64,000 bases of DNA from Oopsacas minuta (lineage: Eukaryota; Animalia; Porifera): NCBI GenBank assembly GCA_024704765.1, contig JAKMXF010000023.1, positions 24,883-88,882 of the forward strand, in the 5' to 3' direction. Numbering within the stretch: position 1 is the first letter of the stretch; each line of letters starts with the position of its first letter. The translations under genes were made by a program, and so were the position numbers. Of the stretch, positions 62,883 to 64,000 are shown one piece after another. Below the pieces are notes generated by a model that saw only the letters and a program-made list of their open reading frames with translations, was not told the origin of the DNA and searched no databases.

Positions 62883-63526
62883 CAGGACCGGCGACAGAAT
62901 TTACGGGCCCCTTAGCAAGATTTCTGGCCGGGCCCCTCCATCAACCTAGTTCTGACAAAAATTCAATTTTTGTAATACCTATGACCTTAGACAAAAATAT
63001 ATTGCAACTAGAAACTTATCCTGAAATTTGAGTGAATTTATGTAAGTAATATTGACATTAAGCATGTGAAATAATATAATAAGTAGAATAGATTAGAATA
63101 AATAATGGAATCTCTCAATAAGTTGAGCTTAGCAAAAGCCTCTTCTTGCTTTAGTAGATGCGAATGAATCTATTACTTGATTTATGAACGTAGGACATAG
63201 ACTTTAAATTGAAATATTTGATAATTGAAATAGAGCAATTTCTATAATTCCATATTTATAGTGTTGAAGGAAATAAATGAATAATAAGGTTTCAAACAAT
63301 GGAATAAATTAATAACAACTATTAATGACAGAATCCTTTGTTTGCTAAGTGTTATATTGATAAAAGCAATTATTCTATTAGTGAAACAAAGGAACTTATA
63401 TTGTGATACAAGCCTACATGTACCTACAAGACACAATGAATATCTTAAATCCTAAAGAAACTATCACATGCCGACCCGGGGCCCCTATTTATCCCAAGCT
63501 ACCCCCCCCCCCTGTCGCCGGCCCTG
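62883..63526. mobile_element. Non-autonomous hAT element (644 bp)
   Basis: TIR CAGG(A/G)CCGGCGACAG; perfect 8-bp TSD TGTCCACC. Confidence 0.85.
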
Positions 63527-63788
63527 TGTCCACCCAGTCAAATTCGATGTCTAGCTGATTCCTAAGCGATTTATGCTATTTATTTCTATCCAGTAATTGT
63601 TGGTAAATTTCGCTAGATGAACTTTTGTTTAATTGACCTATTTTTTTCGGATCCCGGAAATTTCGTCCCCGGATTTTCCTCCCCAGGTGATTCAGTATCC
63701 CTTGTTATTCAGGTTATATTCATGCATCTAGAGGATAAATATGGTTTAATTAATTATTGAAATAGGTATGTGAGGAATAATACAGTAG

Positions 63789-64000
63789 TCAAAACTCAAA
63801 ATTGTATGCGATTCCCCTAAGATATGTTGTTATATCCGGGTTCTCATAATCTCCAACAAGTAACTGTATACGCTCATCTCGTTCAATGGACTTTTTGCTG
63901 TGTACTATTGTATCACCAGACTCCCACTTTATCAGTTTGGCCTCTTGTAGTGACTGTTCTCGTTGCAAAGATTTGAACAGCTTTAACACACTAGGGTGGG
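63789..64000 (-). mobile_element. C-terminus of a MULE-like transposase, running off the window edge
   Basis: LFKSLQREQ..ERDERIQLLV.DY..YLRGIAYNF, the typical terminal pattern of animal Mutator-like ORFs as recalled. Confidence 0.55.

Overview
AT-rich eukaryotic (animal) genomic DNA with intron-poor genes and dense DNA-transposon debris. The intronless CLN3/MATE/CHST genes and divergent TRAF and AIG1-like GTPase families resemble a sponge, possibly a hexactinellid such as Oopsacas (inference from recall, not verified). Intact-looking host genes: a 2-exon TRAF-family gene, a septin/AIG1-like GTPase, two tandem double-domain GIMAP/AIG1-like pseudo-GTPases, CLN3, a 4-exon UBR5 orthologue, an NHL-like orphan, a MATE transporter, 2-exon PWP1, an acyl-CoA-binding protein and a carbohydrate sulfotransferase. 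Mobile DNA: one apparently intact DD34D mariner; hAT, Harbinger, Chapaev and MULE remnants; many MITEs; and a non-autonomous Helitron family carrying a TCTG microsatellite. The most unusual region is 39.5-49.1 kb. It holds two inverted copies of a disabled TRAF-like gene with transmembrane helices and a variable heptad repeat. The right copy is a circular permutation of the left (A-B versus B-A) with microhomologies at both junctions, as expected for duplication through a circular DNA intermediate. The UBR5 orthologue appears to lack its UBR box, UBA and MLLE domains. All coordinates and alignments were read by eye; no searches were run.
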